Shown: piece after piece, positions 43,224 through 54,994 of the stretch
How the letters are laid out: the number at the start of each line of letters is the position of its first letter
How positions within the stretch are numbered: the stretch's first letter is position 1
DNA from: Prochlorococcus sp. AG-418-C09
GTDB taxonomy: Bacteria; Cyanobacteriota; Cyanobacteriia; PCC-6307; Cyanobiaceae
Length of the DNA: 64,000 bases
Reading direction: 5' to 3'
Assembly: GCA_003214355.1 (NCBI GenBank)
Contig: QCLS01000001.1
Location: 221,039-285,038, forward strand
The notes under the pieces: generated by a model
Told to the model about the DNA's origin: nothing
The model's database searches: none
The model's input: the letters and a program-made list of their open reading frames with translations, nothing else
Position numbers and translations under genes: made by a program

Positions 43224-43294
43224 TAGTTACATAATTAAATTAGCTTGATTATCAAGCTTTAGATTATTCTTAATATAAGAATTTAAAAAATCAA

Positions 43295-43368
43295 GGGCAT
43301 GTAGCTCAGTTGGATAGAGCATCAGATTCCGGTTCTGATAGTCGGGGGTTCAAGTCCCTCCATGCTCG
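43295..43368 (+). tRNA. tRNA-Arg(CCG)
   Basis: GGGCATGTAGCTCAGTTGGATAGAGCATCAGA-TT CCG GT-TCTGA...GGTTCAAGTCCCTCCATGCTCG. Confidence 0.97.
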
Positions 43369-43373
43369 TAAAT

Positions 43374-43820
43374 TTACAGCTTGTATCCCATAACCCTAAT
43401 TCCATTAGGATCTAAAATAAATCCGCTTTCCTCTAAAGACTTAAAAGATGAAGGTGGGGCTTGAACTGAAATGCTGCAACCAGGCATCTCCCTATTAATT
43501 CTTTCTAATGTTGCTTGAAGTAAAACCAAATAGAATAATGATTGGTTCTCTCCAGGTTCAGCACATAGATTCCATAAATTTGCATTTAAACCCCTATCTG
43601 ATGTAACCCTCACAAAACCATGAGTTTTACTCTTAATTTGACTAGAAATACTAAAAAAAAAGTTGCTTGCTTGAATTGCTATGGATAACTTTTGCATAGG
43701 GAAAGAATCACTTCCACAATTTATCAATAACCTATTTACAAATTTTGCAGAAGGTATTTCTGAAGAATTAAGAAAAAACCCTTCTGGTAAAACTAATTTC
43801 TTTTTGGGAAAGTATATCAA
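43374..43820 (-). CDS. Conserved GNAT-like (N-acetyltransferase fold) protein
   Basis: GFVRVTSDRGLNANLWNL, GFILDPNG; TTG start. The fold assignment is tentative. Confidence 0.7.
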   Translation of the reverse strand: MIYFPKKKLVLPEGFFLNSSEIPSAKFVNRLLINCGSDSFPMQKLSIAIQASNFFFSISSQIKSKTHGFVRVTSDRGLNANLWNLCAEPGENQSLFYLVLLQATLERINREMPGCSISVQAPPSSFKSLEESGFILDPNGIRVMGYKL

Positions 43821-43823
43821 TTA

Positions 43824-46790
43824 TTAACCCGTATTCCTCATTCCTGCAGCAATACCATTGATGGTTAATAATGCTCCTCTTAGTAATTCACTACGGCTAT
43901 AAGTTCTCTTAGAAATCGCATTCTCCTGAAAAAACTCACTGATTGGAGGTTGTCTTTTTTCATCTCTTAATCTTCTAAGAAGAGATACTTGTAAAAAACC
44001 TAAAGGAATAATTGTTTTATTTCTCATTTCTACTGAATCCCTCAAATCTTTATCAGTTTCAAGAAGTTTATTTTTTCCAGTAATATCAAGTATTAATTTT
44101 TTAGTTAATTTATATTCTTCAGCAATTGTATTAAAGATTTCATTAAAAGATTGACTATTCTCATTACTTCCCAAAGTATCTACATAATATTTAGCAACTT
44201 CTAGATCCACTTTAGACAAAGTCATTTCAACTTTTGATATCAACATACGGAAAAAAGGCCATCTTTGATGAAGCACTCTCAACAAATCTATTTGCTGAGG
44301 ATCGGATTCTAATTCAGTGGACAAAGCAGTCCCCACGCCAAACCAACTTGGCAGAAGAAATCTGCTTTGAGTCCAACCAAAAACCCATGGGATGGCTCTC
44401 AAACTAGATAAATCTTTTGCTCCTTTTTTTCTCCTGGCAGGCCTACTAGAAATTTGCAGTTTGCTTATTTCCTCTATTGGAGTAACCTCCTGAAAAAAAG
44501 TTAATAAATTAGGATTCTCATGCACTAATGCTCTGTAATGAGTTCTAGATGTCTCAGCTAATCTAGTCATAAGAGAATTCCATTCGGGTGTTGCATCCAA
44601 CCTGTTGTTTACCAAGCTATTTTGTATAACGGCAGTCGTAACGGTCTCCAAATTGTATAAAGCAAGTTCTGGCAAACTATATTTAGAAGCTAATACTTCT
44701 CCTTGTTCGGTTATCTTTATCCTCCCAAGCAAAGTGCCACTTGGTTGAGCAAGTATGGCTTGATAGGCAGGTCCTCCTCCTCTTCCTACTGAACCCCCTC
44801 TACCATGAAATAATCTCAGAACTATCCCATTTTTACTTGAGAGATTCTGAAGAGCAATTTGTGCTCTGTGAATCTCCCAATTACTGGAGAGAAAACCAGA
44901 GTCTTTATTACTATCTGAGTAGCCAAGCATTAATTCTTGAAGAGGTTTACCATTCTCCCCTACCTTTGGTAAATATGATCTATAAAAATCCAACTTAAAC
45001 AACTCATTCATTACTTTTGGAGCTCTTTTTAAATCTTCAACAGTTTCAAAAAGAGGAACAACTAAAAGTTGAGATTTATTAGAACCCTGATCAATAAGTC
45101 CCATCTCTTTTGCTAAAAGTAATACCTCTAATAAATCTGAAACACTATGACTCATAGAAATAACATATGAATGACATATCCGACTTCCAAATTCTTCTTG
45201 TAATCTTTTAACCATTTTAAAAACAGCAAATGTTTCATTAGTGCTGTGAGTCCAATTACTGGAGCTAGGAATAAGGGGCCTTTTAGTATTCAATTCATTA
45301 ATTAACCAATCAGTCTTTTGAGATTCAGTCATATTTTCATAAGAAGTAGGTAAAGCAAGATAATTTGTAAGTTCTTCTAGTGCATCACTATGTCTTGTAC
45401 TTTCTTGACGAATATCAAGACTTGCTAAAGAAAATCCGAAGATATGAACTTGAGTCAAAAGTTTATTTAATGGCTCAGAACTTAAATCAGTATTATTTAA
45501 ACTATTTTTAATGAGTTCAAGATCAGTTGTAAACTCATCAACTGATCTATAATATTTGTCATCATGCAAGTCTTTATCCTGGATTGCCGGATCAGGTTCT
45601 AAAGAGACTTTCCAACCAGCCTCAGACAAAAGATTATTTCTCTCCTGAGTGAGTCTAAGTTTCTCCAAAATATAACTTAATTTCAATCTATACGGTTCAG
45701 ATCTATAGCGAGTCGCTCTCAATTCATAAATTGCAGGAAACTTAACTCTATCTGTTTCTAATGATTCTAATAATGATGAACTCACTTGACTCCACTGCAT
45801 TGAAACACTTAACTGATCACGCAGATTTGAGGTAGCTATTATGTACCTTTCCAACATTAATTGTCTTTGATAGCAGGCAGTTCTCCATGTTATTTCAGGA
45901 GTAACAGAGGGATTACCATCTCTATCTGAGCCAACCCAAGAACCAAATGTACAGAATGACTCTGTTGGTATCTGCACATCAGGATAATTCTCATTTAAAG
46001 CAGAAGAAATTCTCCCTCTAAGTTGAGGCATTGCATTAAAAAGTACTTGCTGAAAGTAATGCAATGCATAATCAACTTCATCTAAAACTGATGGCTTAAA
46101 TTGATGGAGTTCATCAGTCCTCCACCATAATCTAATTTCTTCTTTTAATTGAATTTTCAAAGAATTCTCCTCTTCTTTTGTAAATTGTTTATTTGATTGT
46201 ATTTTTTGTAATAAATTAGCTACTGTGCGTTGCTTATGTCTTATTGTTTGTCTGACTATTTCTGTAGGATGAGCGGTAAAAACCAGTCTAATATCCATCT
46301 CCTGCAATAACTCCTCTAATTTACCAGGAGGAACATTAAGCTTTCTAAGCCTAGAAAAAAGCTCTTTAAAAGTTACAGGGGCATTTTGGCGAGCTAGAGG
46401 GGGTGCAAATGGATCTAAGTTATTATGGGTTTTATCATCTTGATTAGAGAAACTTTCAATATATCGATCTTCTTCTACTCTTTGTTCTAATATATTTACT
46501 AATTGAAAATAAAGGGAGAATGCTCTCGCTGCAGATATTGATTCAGCTAAATCCATATCATTAATAATTTCTACAATCTGGTCTTTAATAGTCCTTGATT
46601 TATCGTCAATCTCTTGGTTGGCGTGACTTAAATGCTTTAACTTTATGAGTCGATTAGCTTGTTCCTGAGGACATTCCTGTTTTAATACTGATTCCCATAA
46701 TTCTTCTATCAAGACACGATTCATCTTTTTAGGATCATTGTTACTAATAAGATCCATTTTATTATTTGTTAGCTTCTGAAAAGATTCCAT
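43824..46790 (-). CDS. ppc: Phosphoenolpyruvate carboxylase
   Basis: [55 protein letters not shown]. Confidence 0.99.
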   Translation of the reverse strand: MESFQKLTNNKMDLISNNDPKKMNRVLIEELWESVLKQECPQEQANRLIKLKHLSHANQEIDDKSRTIKDQIVEIINDMDLAESISAARAFSLYFQLVNILEQRVEEDRYIESFSNQDDKTHNNLDPFAPPLARQNAPVTFKELFSRLRKLNVPPGKLEELLQEMDIRLVFTAHPTEIVRQTIRHKQRTVANLLQKIQSNKQFTKEEENSLKIQLKEEIRLWWRTDELHQFKPSVLDEVDYALHYFQQVLFNAMPQLRGRISSALNENYPDVQIPTESFCTFGSWVGSDRDGNPSVTPEITWRTACYQRQLMLERYIIATSNLRDQLSVSMQWSQVSSSLLESLETDRVKFPAIYELRATRYRSEPYRLKLSYILEKLRLTQERNNLLSEAGWKVSLEPDPAIQDKDLHDDKYYRSVDEFTTDLELIKNSLNNTDLSSEPLNKLLTQVHIFGFSLASLDIRQESTRHSDALEELTNYLALPTSYENMTESQKTDWLINELNTKRPLIPSSSNWTHSTNETFAVFKMVKRLQEEFGSRICHSYVISMSHSVSDLLEVLLLAKEMGLIDQGSNKSQLLVVPLFETVEDLKRAPKVMNELFKLDFYRSYLPKVGENGKPLQELMLGYSDSNKDSGFLSSNWEIHRAQIALQNLSSKNGIVLRLFHGRGGSVGRGGGPAYQAILAQPSGTLLGRIKITEQGEVLASKYSLPELALYNLETVTTAVIQNSLVNNRLDATPEWNSLMTRLAETSRTHYRALVHENPNLLTFFQEVTPIEEISKLQISSRPARRKKGAKDLSSLRAIPWVFGWTQSRFLLPSWFGVGTALSTELESDPQQIDLLRVLHQRWPFFRMLISKVEMTLSKVDLEVAKYYVDTLGSNENSQSFNEIFNTIAEEYKLTKKLILDITGKNKLLETDKDLRDSVEMRNKTIIPLGFLQVSLLRRLRDEKRQPPISEFFQENAISKRTYSRSELLRGALLTINGIAAGMRNTG

Positions 46791-46842
46791 ATATTTAATA
46801 TCTTACACACAAAGAAAGCGTGGATCATATTTTGTATTGATT

Positions 46843-47967
46843 TCAGCCCTTAAGAATATCTTGTTCAATTTTCTGCATATTATTGATCTGTTCGTTCATT
46901 ATCTCTTCAATGGTATCTCCTCCATTATATTTTTTTATCCATTGCATAGATTGATTACCTTCTATGAGTACCTTTTGAATAGGCTGTAATTGGTCTTTCA
47001 TACCCAACTCTTCAGCCAGTGGAGATAATTGATTTAACATATTTTTTATCCAATCTGCACAAATTATTTTTTTTCCATTTTTCCAATCTATCAACTCCGC
47101 ATTTAAACTACTTTTTGCTACTTTCATTTCATTGAGATCACATATTTCACTGAGTTCATTCATTTTAAATTTACTAGAAATCATTGGATCAGTTTCTAAA
47201 ATATTCTCAAAAAGAAAGATCACTCTTAGTTCTAATAATGCAGTAATAGCTAGCAACAATTTTATATCTGGGACAAAATCACAAATCCTCAATTCCAGAC
47301 GATCTAATTTGTATGGTCTTTGAGGACCATTGGGTCTTATTGAAGACCAGAAATGTCTTACATTTTGCATTATCCCAATATTAATTTTATCCTCTATCCA
47401 ATCTATATATTCAGTATGATTTTCAAAAAAAGGGACCGAAAGAGGGGTCTTTGGAAACTGGACCCATCTCTGAGAGTGATTACCTGAAAATTTACCATTT
47501 ATAAATGGAGAACTCGCACTCAAAGCCAGGTACAAGCTGGCTTCGCATCGGACTAATCTAATTGCCGCAAAAAGTCTCTCAAGATTATCAATCCCTAAAT
47601 TAATGTGAACACTAGAAGTAGCTATTGATGTGCCATAACTTTCCTCTATGAATTCGTGGTAACTGTTTTCTAGATCAGATCTCTGAAAGTTATTGTCATA
47701 CTCAAAACAAAGCGTAGATGATGGGATTATTGTTAAACCTCTTTCTTTTAGCCATTTACGTAATCTTATTCTAGGATTTAATAAGGACTTAGATAAAATT
47801 TCATAATCTTTACTGGGCTTTGTAATATATTCAACGTTTCTATTATCTGGTTCTTTTACAAAATCAGAAAACACTTGTTCAATTTCATGCGAAATCCCAA
47901 TATGAGTATGATTAGTTCCAGTGAAAAGCTCAACCTCAAAACCTTTTAATAATTTTCTTTTATCCAT
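46843..47967 (-). CDS. gshA: Glutamate-cysteine ligase
   Basis: GFEVELFTG, RNVEY, SVHINLG, HFWSSIRPNG, RLELRICD. Confidence 0.92.
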   Translation of the reverse strand: MDKRKLLKGFEVELFTGTNHTHIGISHEIEQVFSDFVKEPDNRNVEYITKPSKDYEILSKSLLNPRIRLRKWLKERGLTIIPSSTLCFEYDNNFQRSDLENSYHEFIEESYGTSIATSSVHINLGIDNLERLFAAIRLVRCEASLYLALSASSPFINGKFSGNHSQRWVQFPKTPLSVPFFENHTEYIDWIEDKINIGIMQNVRHFWSSIRPNGPQRPYKLDRLELRICDFVPDIKLLLAITALLELRVIFLFENILETDPMISSKFKMNELSEICDLNEMKVAKSSLNAELIDWKNGKKIICADWIKNMLNQLSPLAEELGMKDQLQPIQKVLIEGNQSMQWIKKYNGGDTIEEIMNEQINNMQKIEQDILKG

Positions 47968-47971
47968 TTAT

Positions 47972-49495
47972 CTAAGTTAATGAGGATATTGCCATCAATA
48001 TACCTTTTGCCTTATTAATTGTTTCTTGATATTCATTAAGGGGCGATGAATCTGCAACGACTCCTGCACCAGCCTGCACAGATACATTGAATTTTCCATC
48101 TGTTGTCGGAGTAACAATCATAGATCTTATTGTTATCGCTGTATTTAACGAGCCATTTATATCAATCGAGCCATATACTCCTGCATAAGGACCTCGTGCT
48201 TCCTTTTCGAAGGAATTTATTAATTGCATCGCTCTTATCTTTGGAGCTCCCGTCACTGTGCCTGCAGGGAATGAGGCTTTAAGTAAATCCCAAATATCAT
48301 TATCCTTTTTTAATATTCCTTCCACATCACTCACTATGTGCATTACATGAGAGTATTTCTCAATTATCATTAAGTCTTTAACATTAACTGATCCAACTTC
48401 GCATACTTTACCCAAATCATTTCTACCTAAATCAACAAGCATTACATGTTCGGAAATTTCTTTAGGATCATTTAAGAGATCTTTTTCTAATTGAGAATCC
48501 TCTTCAACATTTTGTCCACGAGGTCTTGTACCAGCTATTGGTCTTAAACTAGCCACAATGTGCTTATTTTGTATTTTTTCTGCTTTAACCATTACTTCAG
48601 GACTGGAGCCAATTAAATACCAAGATCCAAAATCAAAAAAAGACATGTATGGAGAAGGATTGATCATGCGTAAACTTCTGTACAAATCAAAAGGTTTACT
48701 ATTTATCTCGGTTTGAAACCTTTGACTGATAACAATTTGAAAGATATCGCCCTTTTTAATAAATTCCTTTGCTTGAACAACTGCCTCCTGGAAATCTTCC
48801 TTTAACCAATTACTTTTCATATTAATATTCAAATCTTTTTTTTCTTTCCAATTAAGAATATCGACTTCTTTTAATGGGATCCTCATCATGGTTTTAATTT
48901 GATCTATTTTTTCAAGAGATTCACTGTAAATTTCTTCTATTGATAAATCAGCCAATTGTGTTAAATCTGCATATACAATAGCCGTAATACATCTTTTCAT
49001 TTGATCATAAATTATGATCTGATCAAAAAACATCCAGGCACCATATGGTATTTGATTGTGATTTAATTTATGAACTGGTACAGTAGGCTCTATGCAATTT
49101 ATTAATTCATAACCCCAAGAGCCATAGAGTTGCCCTAAAAATGGAAATTCCTTTAAACTGTGAGACTTATACTGATTTGTCCAATTTCTTAAAAGATTAA
49201 ATATATCTCCATCTTCAACTTCCTTTTTGCCATTCCTAAATTTTCTTGTTGTTTCTCTACCTGTACAGACTGCTTCCCATAAAGGTTTATTAGCAACTAC
49301 GCTCCATCTCCCAACATTCTCTCCACCCTCTACTGATTCTAAAAACACACCATGTGTATTTTCATTTGATAATTTCAGCCAAGTTGTTAGCGGGGTTTCT
49401 AGATCAGCAGGCCAAGTTTCATAAATAGGTATAAAATTCTTACCTTCTTTATATGCCTGAAAAAAGCTATTTTTTTTTGAACTGATCATATTCAT
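47972..49495 (-). CDS. trpE: Anthranilate synthase component I
   Basis: FLESVEG, NPSPYM, GSSPE, PIAGTRPRG, EHVMLVDLGRND, AITIR, QAGAG. Confidence 0.96.
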   Translation of the reverse strand: MNMISSKKNSFFQAYKEGKNFIPIYETWPADLETPLTTWLKLSNENTHGVFLESVEGGENVGRWSVVANKPLWEAVCTGRETTRKFRNGKKEVEDGDIFNLLRNWTNQYKSHSLKEFPFLGQLYGSWGYELINCIEPTVPVHKLNHNQIPYGAWMFFDQIIIYDQMKRCITAIVYADLTQLADLSIEEIYSESLEKIDQIKTMMRIPLKEVDILNWKEKKDLNINMKSNWLKEDFQEAVVQAKEFIKKGDIFQIVISQRFQTEINSKPFDLYRSLRMINPSPYMSFFDFGSWYLIGSSPEVMVKAEKIQNKHIVASLRPIAGTRPRGQNVEEDSQLEKDLLNDPKEISEHVMLVDLGRNDLGKVCEVGSVNVKDLMIIEKYSHVMHIVSDVEGILKKDNDIWDLLKASFPAGTVTGAPKIRAMQLINSFEKEARGPYAGVYGSIDINGSLNTAITIRSMIVTPTTDGKFNVSVQAGAGVVADSSPLNEYQETINKAKGILMAISSLT

Positions 49496-49547
49496 AAAGT
49501 CAGTCCAAATTATAGTTTTAATTCTGTTTTATATCAACTTCTCAGAT

Positions 49548-49970
49548 TCAATCAAAAGTATTCTGATTGGTAAATTTTAATCCAGCAGGGTTAGGATTCT
49601 CACCTATCCTTCTTGGATTATGTCCAACTTTTTCTCTGCCTTCGTTAACTTTTTCAGGAAAAACTCCATCTTTTGGATGTAAAAACTCAATATCCCCTCC
49701 TGGGAAAATTCTATAAATTTTGAAATTTTCAATTCTTGGTTTAAATCCTCTTAATTGAGTTCCCAGAGCTAAACATTGTTCTTTGCGAGCGAAATACATT
49801 AAGTTATCTCCCTCATTCATCAACGCAGCTCCACCTGTTGGCAGTTCGAAGGCCTGTTCCTTGGAGCTATTCCAGGATATTGCATATTTTTCCTCAGTTT
49901 CTGCAGAGTTTAATAATCCCCCAGTACTGCCTATATGCTTTGGAAATTGACCCACTAAAGTTTCAGTCAT
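49548..49970 (-). CDS. psaD: Photosystem I subunit II
   Basis: [37 protein letters not shown]. Confidence 0.99.
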   Translation of the reverse strand: MTETLVGQFPKHIGSTGGLLNSAETEEKYAISWNSSKEQAFELPTGGAALMNEGDNLMYFARKEQCLALGTQLRGFKPRIENFKIYRIFPGGDIEFLHPKDGVFPEKVNEGREKVGHNPRRIGENPNPAGLKFTNQNTFD

Positions 49971-50088
49971 CCTAATTAAAAAGTTATTTTATATATAAAA
50001 AATTAGCACTAAGATTTTATTATTTTAATTTTTTTAAAAGATTTTCTACATTATTTAATATTATGAACAAGAATTAAATTGATTTTTA

Positions 50089-51462
50089 CTAACGATTCTC
50101 TGAAATAGGAAAGAAAACTGTTAATCCTGTATCTCTTCTATTTGTAACATGGCCACCAAGACTGGCTAATAACTTTTGAGTAGCGGATTGGCTTATTTGA
50201 AGACTTCCAGTTTGCGGATTCCAATTAAGAACGGGACTAATATCTGAACCTTTTTGCTTTAAATTAATTTCTTTATTTTCCTTTTGAATTCCTTTTTTAT
50301 GAACAATTAGCTGAAGCTTTAATTTTTGACCGGCCGGTCTTAGTTCTAAAATTAGTGTACTGCCTTCTTTTAAACCTCTAGTATTTTTATCAATTAATCC
50401 CCCTAACATTAATTCTAATTTTGCCGAGTCACTTAAAACCTCTGGTAATCCCTCTGGTACATCAAGTTTCAACGAAATACCTCTTCTATCTAATTGACTA
50501 ATCCAGTAAGGAGATAATTTATTTAATATCTCTCCTAAATTTATACTAGTTAAAATTTCTGCAGAAGGTATTTGCCCGCTTACTAACTCAGCGGCATTAA
50601 ATATTAAACCAAATCTATCTATTTGCTCAGTACATTCATTATCAATTTGAATTAACCTACTTCTCATGGATTCATCCATTTTATATTTTTTAAGGGTTGA
50701 GCTAATTAGAGTTTTTATAGTAGCCAAAGGAGTTCTTACCTCATGAGAAATGGCTTCTAAAAGCTTTGCCTCTGTTATTTGTTCACTCTTATGATTATCA
50801 GCAGCAAAAGATGATTGTAAATTAAAGCTTGGAATTAGGCTGGCTAATTTAATTGATAGTGCTGGCCAAAAATTTCTTACAAAGCTCTCATTAATTTGTA
50901 ATTTACCTAAACTTCTTATACTATCGACGAATTTTGAGGCCTCTTCTTGATCTTCTTGCATTAATTTAATATTTAATAATTCAATAACCTTTTGAATACT
51001 TTTTTCATCGCTTCTCATTATTAAATTCTTTTTATCTTTTGCACCTGCAATACTTAAGACACATTGGAAAGTTGGTGAGATAATCATGAGAAATGGTTCA
51101 AAACCATCTTCTTCATTAATACTCAATATTTTATAATGATTGAAATATTGAGCTCTTTCATCCTCATACTTTTCACTTTTAACAGGTAGATAGCCAGCAT
51201 ATTCATTTTTAAAATCTGGGAAACCTTTTGGAGCCCATAACCACCCTTTGAACTTATTTAAATATTTTTTTTCGTTAATTGCGGGCAGTGGCGAAGCGGC
51301 CCACACACCTCCCTCTTGATAATGACTTAATAAAAAATCTTTTTGAATTACTTCTAAAGCACACCACCACATTCTTCTTGATGTTTGATCATCTACAAAT
51401 GAATCCGAGTATTCTTCTGTAAGGAAATCTTGGATTAATTTAATCGTTATATTTTCATTCAT
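50089..51462 (-). CDS. Sensor histidine kinase (Hik2-like) with degenerate HATPase domain
   Basis: H-box AISHEVRTPLATI intact; N/G1/G2 boxes not recognisable; next to psaD and rodA as in picocyanobacteria. Confidence 0.8.
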   Translation of the reverse strand: MNENITIKLIQDFLTEEYSDSFVDDQTSRRMWWCALEVIQKDFLLSHYQEGGVWAASPLPAINEKKYLNKFKGWLWAPKGFPDFKNEYAGYLPVKSEKYEDERAQYFNHYKILSINEEDGFEPFLMIISPTFQCVLSIAGAKDKKNLIMRSDEKSIQKVIELLNIKLMQEDQEEASKFVDSIRSLGKLQINESFVRNFWPALSIKLASLIPSFNLQSSFAADNHKSEQITEAKLLEAISHEVRTPLATIKTLISSTLKKYKMDESMRSRLIQIDNECTEQIDRFGLIFNAAELVSGQIPSAEILTSINLGEILNKLSPYWISQLDRRGISLKLDVPEGLPEVLSDSAKLELMLGGLIDKNTRGLKEGSTLILELRPAGQKLKLQLIVHKKGIQKENKEINLKQKGSDISPVLNWNPQTGSLQISQSATQKLLASLGGHVTNRRDTGLTVFFPISENR

Positions 51463-52730
51463 ATTTTCTTTAATGATCTACATCTTTTTAAGGTTGATAA
51501 AGCAAAGCCAATAAATACAAAATTAATTAATAATGCTGTTCTTCCATAACTCATAAATGGCAATGGAATTCCTGTTACTGGTCCTAATCCTATAGTCATA
51601 TATATATTAATTATTATTTGAAATAAGAAAATAGATACTACTCCAATTACAACTAAAGATTCAAAATCAGTTCTAGCTTTCTTAGAAATTCTAATTAATT
51701 TGATAATTAATATCAATAAAATGATAGTTACAAAAAATGACCCTAATAAGCCAAGTTCCTCCCCAAGCGCACTAAATACGAAATCCGTATGTTGTTCAGG
51801 TATGAATTGTAACTTAGTCAATTTGCCATTTAATAAACCTGTGCCAAATATTCCACCTGAACCTATTGCAATCTTACTCTGTAATAAATGATAGCCTCCT
51901 CCAAGAGGGTCTTGTCCTGGATCTAAAAATAATATTAATCTATCCTTTTGATAATCTTTTAAACCTATATTCCATAAATAAGGAGTTAACTTTGCAATAG
52001 AAGTATGAAATAATATTGTTAAAGAAGAAAAAAATACTTTCTGATTAAAAGATTTGTAAGCCAAGAAACCCATCAAGGGAATCCATAAATAAAGAATTCC
52101 AGGGGAAACAAAGGAAATTAAAGATGTCAGAAGAGATAAAACAATTATTAGTATCCACTCAACTGGCATCTGAGCCCAATAAAGCATGATAAAGAACAAA
52201 AAAATTAAAACTAAAGAAGTCCCCAAGTCAGGCTGAAAAAATATCAATGTCCACGGAATACTTACCACAAATAAAGGAATTAATAAATCCTTAATAGAAG
52301 TAATAGTTTTTCTATCTAGTACAAAGGCCATAGCCAAAAGAGTTGCTAATTTTGCAACTTCTGATGGTTGAAAAGTTATCAAGCCAAGGCTGAGCCACCT
52401 TTGAGCTCCTGATATAGAAATGCCAAAGAAAAAAAGGGCTATTAAGGTAATAATTGATATCAAATATAATGGTATGACTAAGTTCTTTATTCTTTCAAGA
52501 GGGATATAAGAAACTATTATTGCAAGACAATAGCCAATCAAACCAGTCATCAAATGATTTATTGAATCTGATCCAAGAGATTGTCTCTGAACACTATGAA
52601 TTAAAACACTTGAAATCAATACCAATACTAAAGGTATTAACAATACTGGGGATAAAAAGAGATCATTAACAAATTTAGATTGTGTGCGAAAAAACTTTCT
52701 ATTGTTTAAAAAAGATATTTTTTCAATCAT
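51459..52730 (-). CDS. rodA: Rod shape-determining protein RodA (SEDS family)
   Basis: GAQRW, FQPSE, QPDLGT, YQKDR, GYHLLQS, PEQHTDF, GPVTGIPLPFMSYG. Confidence 0.95.
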   Translation of the reverse strand: MIEKISFLNNRKFFRTQSKFVNDLFLSPVLLIPLVLVLISSVLIHSVQRQSLGSDSINHLMTGLIGYCLAIIVSYIPLERIKNLVIPLYLISIITLIALFFFGISISGAQRWLSLGLITFQPSEVAKLATLLAMAFVLDRKTITSIKDLLIPLFVVSIPWTLIFFQPDLGTSLVLIFLFFIMLYWAQMPVEWILIIVLSLLTSLISFVSPGILYLWIPLMGFLAYKSFNQKVFFSSLTILFHTSIAKLTPYLWNIGLKDYQKDRLILFLDPGQDPLGGGYHLLQSKIAIGSGGIFGTGLLNGKLTKLQFIPEQHTDFVFSALGEELGLLGSFFVTIILLILIIKLIRISKKARTDFESLVVIGVVSIFLFQIIINIYMTIGLGPVTGIPLPFMSYGRTALLINFVFIGFALSTLKRCRSLKKI

Positions 52731-53794
52731 TAAATCTGATATTTATTCTTAATTAAAATTGCTAATTCTTTAAAAAGAACTGAACTAATAGTATCTGGAT
52801 CACTAATTGAAATAGGTACTCCTTTATTATTATCAAAAACAACTGGGATTTCTAGTGGTATTTGGGCTAAAAGAGGAATTTGATTTTCATCTGCTAAAGT
52901 TTTACCTCCTCCTTTTCCAAATATCTCATATTTCTTTTCAGGTTGATCCGGAGGGATAAAAGCTGACATATTCTCAACTACACCCAACAGAGGTACACCT
53001 AACTGTTTAAACATAGCTAATCCTCTTCTAGAATCTTGCAATGAAACTTTTTGAGGGGTTGTTACAATAATTGCTCCAGCAATTGGAACAGATTGAGCCA
53101 AGGAAATCTGTGCATCTCCAGTACCTGGAGGTAAATCAATAACCAGAACATCCAAATCATTCCATTCAACTTGATACAAGAATTGCCTGATAATAGTATT
53201 TAACATTGGACCTCGCCATATAACAGGCTGACCTTCCTCAATCAGAAAACCCATTGAAACAATAGATATTCCATGTTGAGAAATTGGAATTAGTCTTTGA
53301 TCATTGCCACTTCCATAAACTTTTGGAGTTTGCTCAGATACTCCCAACATAGAGGGTGTGTTGGGACCATAAATATCAGCATCCAGCAAACCTGTCTTAA
53401 GTCCAACCTTTGATAATGAGCATGCAATATTAACTGCTACTGTACTTTTTCCAACACCACCTTTACCGCTACTGACAGCAATAATCTTTTTAATACCTTG
53501 AATTGCTTGGAGTTTGGGTACGCTCTCTTCATTTACATTATTAGATTGGTTTGGAGTATTATCTAACTCAATTTGAATATCTTCTATATCAGAAAAGTTA
53601 AGTAATGTATTTCTTATTTCTTTAACTATTCTGTCCCTCTGAGTATTGGCATATGATGGTATAGCTAAAGTAATAATTGATCTTGGAGATGACACTCTTA
53701 CATTTTTAATCCACCCCAACTCGATTAAGTCTTTTTTGGATCCAGCATCTATTATTTTTGATAAAGCATCAGATGCTTCTTCAACTGTAGTCAT
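52730..53794 (-). CDS. mrp: Mrp/NBP35 Fe-S cluster carrier ATPase
   Basis: SGKGGVGKST, DADIYGP, WRGPM, DLPPGTGD, VTTPQ, ENMS. Confidence 0.96.
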   Translation of the reverse strand: MTTVEEASDALSKIIDAGSKKDLIELGWIKNVRVSSPRSIITLAIPSYANTQRDRIVKEIRNTLLNFSDIEDIQIELDNTPNQSNNVNEESVPKLQAIQGIKKIIAVSSGKGGVGKSTVAVNIACSLSKVGLKTGLLDADIYGPNTPSMLGVSEQTPKVYGSGNDQRLIPISQHGISIVSMGFLIEEGQPVIWRGPMLNTIIRQFLYQVEWNDLDVLVIDLPPGTGDAQISLAQSVPIAGAIIVTTPQKVSLQDSRRGLAMFKQLGVPLLGVVENMSAFIPPDQPEKKYEIFGKGGGKTLADENQIPLLAQIPLEIPVVFDNNKGVPISISDPDTISSVLFKELAILIKNKYQI

Positions 53795-53951
53795 TAAAAT
53801 TTTTAAATACTTTTATAAGCTAGCCGACTTTTAAAAATTAAAAATTATGTCGAACCATCAAATAATTAGAAAAAATACCCCCTTAAAGGAAATTATAAAG
53901 GCAAAGTCTTCATTGTTCAAAAAATTGGTTTTAAATCATCAAGCTTTATAA

Positions 53952-54980
53952 ATGTTAAATGCACCCCCAAAAGAATCTAGATCTAAAGCAAAAAGTCTCT
54001 TAATGAATTTGCAAGAGAAGATTTGTAATAAGTTAGAAATTTTAGATGGCAAAGAACTCTTCAAGGAAGAATCTTGGATCAGACCAGAAGGAGGTGGAGG
54101 GAGATCAAGAGTTCTCAAAAATGGTCAAATATTCGAACAAGCAGGTGTTAATTTTTCTGAAGTTTATGGCAGTGAACTACCGCAATCAATTATTTCTCAA
54201 CGACCTGAAGCAAAAGGACATAAATGGTTTGCGACAGGAACATCTTTAGTATTACACCCAAGAAATCCCTTTATTCCAACAGTTCACTTAAATTATCGAT
54301 ATTTTGAAGCAGGCCCTGTTTGGTGGTTTGGAGGCGGAGCGGATCTTACCCCTTATTATCCTTATCTGAGTGATGTAAGGCATTTTCATAAATCTCACCT
54401 CCAAGCTTGCGAAAAGATTAACCCCAATTTACATAAAGTTTTCAAACCATGGTGTGATGAATATTTTTATCTAAAACATAGAAAAGAATCCAGAGGGATA
54501 GGAGGAATATTTTATGATTATCAAGATGGATCTGGTTTTCTTTATAAAGGTAAAAACCAAAAAGGGTTAGCTCATAAGATTTCCAATGAAATAGGTGAAT
54601 TAGAATTCAGTTGGGATAATTTATATTCACTTGCTGAGAATTGTGGAAATGCTTTTTTACCAGCATATGAACTAATAGTAAAAAAAAGAAGCAGCCACGA
54701 ATACTCTAACAAGGAGCGTGATTTTCAACTTTATAGAAGAGGTAGATATGTTGAATTTAATCTTGTATGGGATAGAGGCACAATATTTGGACTACAAACG
54801 AATGGAAGAACAGAGTCCATTTTAATGTCACTACCACCAATGGCGCGTTGGGAATATGGCTACGCTCCAGAAGAAAACTCTAGAGAACATTATCTCACCC
54901 AAATTTTTACCAAACCACAAGATTGGCAGAATGACAAGAATTTAGAGAGGTTCTGCATTGAAAATGGTATTTTCGATTAA
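53952..54980 (+). CDS. hemF: Oxygen-dependent coproporphyrinogen III oxidase
   Basis: [48 protein letters not shown]. Confidence 0.98.
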   Translation: MLNAPPKESRSKAKSLLMNLQEKICNKLEILDGKELFKEESWIRPEGGGGRSRVLKNGQIFEQAGVNFSEVYGSELPQSIISQRPEAKGHKWFATGTSLVLHPRNPFIPTVHLNYRYFEAGPVWWFGGGADLTPYYPYLSDVRHFHKSHLQACEKINPNLHKVFKPWCDEYFYLKHRKESRGIGGIFYDYQDGSGFLYKGKNQKGLAHKISNEIGELEFSWDNLYSLAENCGNAFLPAYELIVKKRSSHEYSNKERDFQLYRRGRYVEFNLVWDRGTIFGLQTNGRTESILMSLPPMARWEYGYAPEENSREHYLTQIFTKPQDWQNDKNLERFCIENGIFD

Positions 54981-54994
54981 ATAATATAAATATT

